In this document: in pieces, positions 62,100-64,000 of the stretch
How positions within the stretch are numbered: position 1 is the first letter of the stretch
Layout: every line of letters starts with the position of its first letter
Origin: an uncultured Gemmatimonadaceae bacterium
Lineage (GTDB): Bacteria > Gemmatimonadota > Gemmatimonadetes > Gemmatimonadales > Gemmatimonadaceae
Length of the DNA stretch: 64,000 bases
NCBI GenBank assembly: GCA_963781585.1
Contig: CAWAGQ010000005.1
Coordinates: 32,001 to 96,000, forward strand
Reading direction: 5' to 3'
Notes under the pieces: model-generated
Database searches by the model: none
What the model saw: only the letters and a program-made list of their open reading frames with translations
What the model was told of the DNA's origin: nothing
Program-made: the position numbers and the translations under genes

Positions 62100-64000
62100 T
62101 CATTGCTCGCGAAGCACCACGGCGGGATCCGTCCGGCTGGCGCGGGCGGCCGGAACCAGCGCAGCCACGATGCCCACCACCAGCAGGGCGGTAAGCGAGG
62201 CCAGCATCGCCAATGGGTCGGTGGGACCCACACCATATACAAGGGCGGTGAGGAACCGCGCCACCACCACGAAAGCGATCAGGCCGACCGCGGCGCCGAC
62301 GATCACCAGGAGCGCTCCGCGCGTGACGATGCCCGACACCACCCGCGCCGGTCGCAAGCCGAGCGCGATGCGTATGCCCCAGTCGCGCCGTCGACGCGCG
62401 ACGAAGTGCGACATCACGCCGTAGATCCCGATGGCGCACAGCACCAGTGCCAGGCCGGTGAGAATCGCGGCCAGCATCATCACCTGCCGCACGGGTCCGA
62501 CGGCCCGCTCGAAGACGCGCTCCATGGTCGTTGCCTCGGCAACCGCCGCTCGTGGCGCCTCCCGCTGGATCGTGGCCCGAACGGTCGGCAGCAGCGGTGC
62601 CGGATCCTGGTCGGCCATGGTACGGAAGACGAGTGTCTGCTTGCTCGAAACAAACGCCAGCGTTTCCAGGGGCGAATACCGCACCGGTGCCGGCGCTTCG
62701 GTGAGCGCTCCTTCCGCGACGTTGCCGACCACGCCGACGATGCGCGCCATCGTGGGCTTGAAACCGGCGTTGACGCGGCGTCCCACCGGATTCTCCCCGT
62801 TCAGGAATTTCCTGGCGAAGGCCTCGTTGATCACCACCACGCCGGCCGAGGTGTCGTCCGACACGCGCGGTCCGTCCGCGGTCTCGAGGGCCCTCCCCTG
62901 CCTGACGGGAATCCCCATGGTGGTGAAGTAGTCTGACGAGACGAACCGCACGAACGTCGACGTGCGCGGGAGGTCCCGCTTCCCTTCCACCAGGATGCCT
63001 CCACTCCACCCGCCGCCCCGGAGCGGTAACTGTTGCACGACCGCCGAGCTGGCGACGCCGGAAATACCGCGGACGCCCGCGAGGAGCTCCCGGACTGTCG
63101 CCAGTCGCTCGGGCGCTCGCATCGCATCCGGAAGCACGACGTCCACCACGCCGACGCCGCGGGCGCGGATTCCCGGATCGATGGCGGACAGACGGTTCAC
63201 GCTCCGGAGCAGCACGCCCGCGCCGGCCGTCATGAGCACCGCCAGCGCAACCTGGGCGACAACCAGCAGGCTCTCGAGACGCGCACCGCCGCCGACCACG
63301 CCGCCTGTACGATCGGCGCCGATGGTGTGACGCAGGCGCCCGTGCCAGAGCGCCAGGGCCGGCACGACTGAAATGCCGAGCGCCGAACCCAGGGCCACGA
63401 TCAGCGCGACCGCGAAGACGGTCCAGTCGAGCGACGCCGTCTCGGCCCAGGCGCCGAGCGGCAGCGCGGCAACGATGACGCGAAACGCTGCCCCGGCCAG
63501 AACCGCGCCTACCGCCCCCGACACGACTCCGAGCATCATCCCTTCGGCCACGAGCTGACCCCCCAGCCGCCGGCGATTCGCGCCTAACGCGGAGCGGATG
63601 GCCAGCTCGGTGGCGCGCCCTTCGACCTGACCGAGCATGAGCGCGGCCACGTTGACGCAGGCGATAAGCAGGATCAGGCCCATGGCCGCCAGCGTCGCCA
63701 CCACGGCCGGCCGGAGCGGGCGCACGAAGCCTTCGCGAATGGGTCGGATCCAGGGGTCGCGCGTCTTGTCGAACTGCTGCGTATACCGAAACCGCTCGCC
63801 CAGCATACGCGTGAGCTGGGCGAGCTGGCCGGACAGTCGGTCGAGGCGCTGGCCGGGAGCGGCGCGGCCCACCAGCGAGTAGCTGCCGTTGTCGTCGTTC
63901 GGGTCGACCGCCGCCGGCACCCAGACCCGGATCGTCGGCGTCGGGAACCAGAATCCGCGCGGCATCACGCCGATCACCGCACGATCCACGCCGTCGAGGC
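62100..64000 (-). CDS. ADOP-type duplicated ABC permease, 5' end outside the window
   Basis: LLIACVNVA, ELAIRSALGA and GIRIALG motifs. Confidence 0.9.
   Translation of the reverse strand, partial: LDGVDRAVIGVMPRGFWFPTPTIRVWVPAAVDPNDDNGSYSLVGRAAPGQRLDRLSGQLAQLTRMLGERFRYTQQFDKTRDPWIRPIREGFVRPLRPAVVATLAAMGLILLIACVNVAALMLGQVEGRATELAIRSALGANRRRLGGQLVAEGMMLGVVSGAVGAVLAGAAFRVIVAALPLGAWAETASLDWTVFAVALIVALGSALGISVVPALALWHGRLRHTIGADRTGGVVGGGARLESLLVVAQVALAVLMTAGAGVLLRSVNRLSAIDPGIRARGVGVVDVVLPDAMRAPERLATVRELLAGVRGISGVASSAVVQQLPLRGGGWSGGILVEGKRDLPRTSTFVRFVSSDYFTTMGIPVRQGRALETADGPRVSDDTSAGVVVINEAFARKFLNGENPVGRRVNAGFKPTMARIVGVVGNVAEGALTEAPAPVRYSPLETLAFVSSKQTLVFRTMADQDPAPLLPTVRATIQREAPRAAVAEATTMERVFERAVGPVRQVMMLAAILTGLALVLCAIGIYGVMSHFVARRRRDWGIRIALGLRPARVVSGIVTRGALLVIVGAAVGLIAFVVVARFLTALVYGVGPTDPLAMLASLTALLVVGIVAALVPAARASRTDPAVVLREQ

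Overview
High-GC (roughly 69% by eye) bacterial DNA. Gemmatimonadota is the likely source, inferred from the ADOP permease/PadR pairs, a BTAD-TPR regulator and GGR-rich secreted peptidases. The backbone encodes exported hydrolases (M20/M28, M14, two S9 and one M19 peptidase, an amidase, a D-aminoacylase, GHL10/CBM9-like proteins), five ATPase-less ABC permeases, three PadR regulators, a BlaI-M56 pair and two type II TA pairs. About 25.5-33.9 kb is a lower-GC, decayed integron-like cassette array: one intact attC, several broken attC arms, gene fragments and no integrase in the window. The most unusual signal is a non-palindromic octamer, GCCTAACG/CGTTAGGC. I found it 20 times without strand bias, almost always inside genes where it imposes rare TTA or CCT-AAC codons, and it matches the integron core site GTTRRRY. 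Also present: a GGGGTCAGACTCGA REP-like cluster, heptamer tandem repeats, candidate PadR operators, and several single-base frameshifts that look like sequencing errors. No rRNA, tRNA or CRISPR array was seen.
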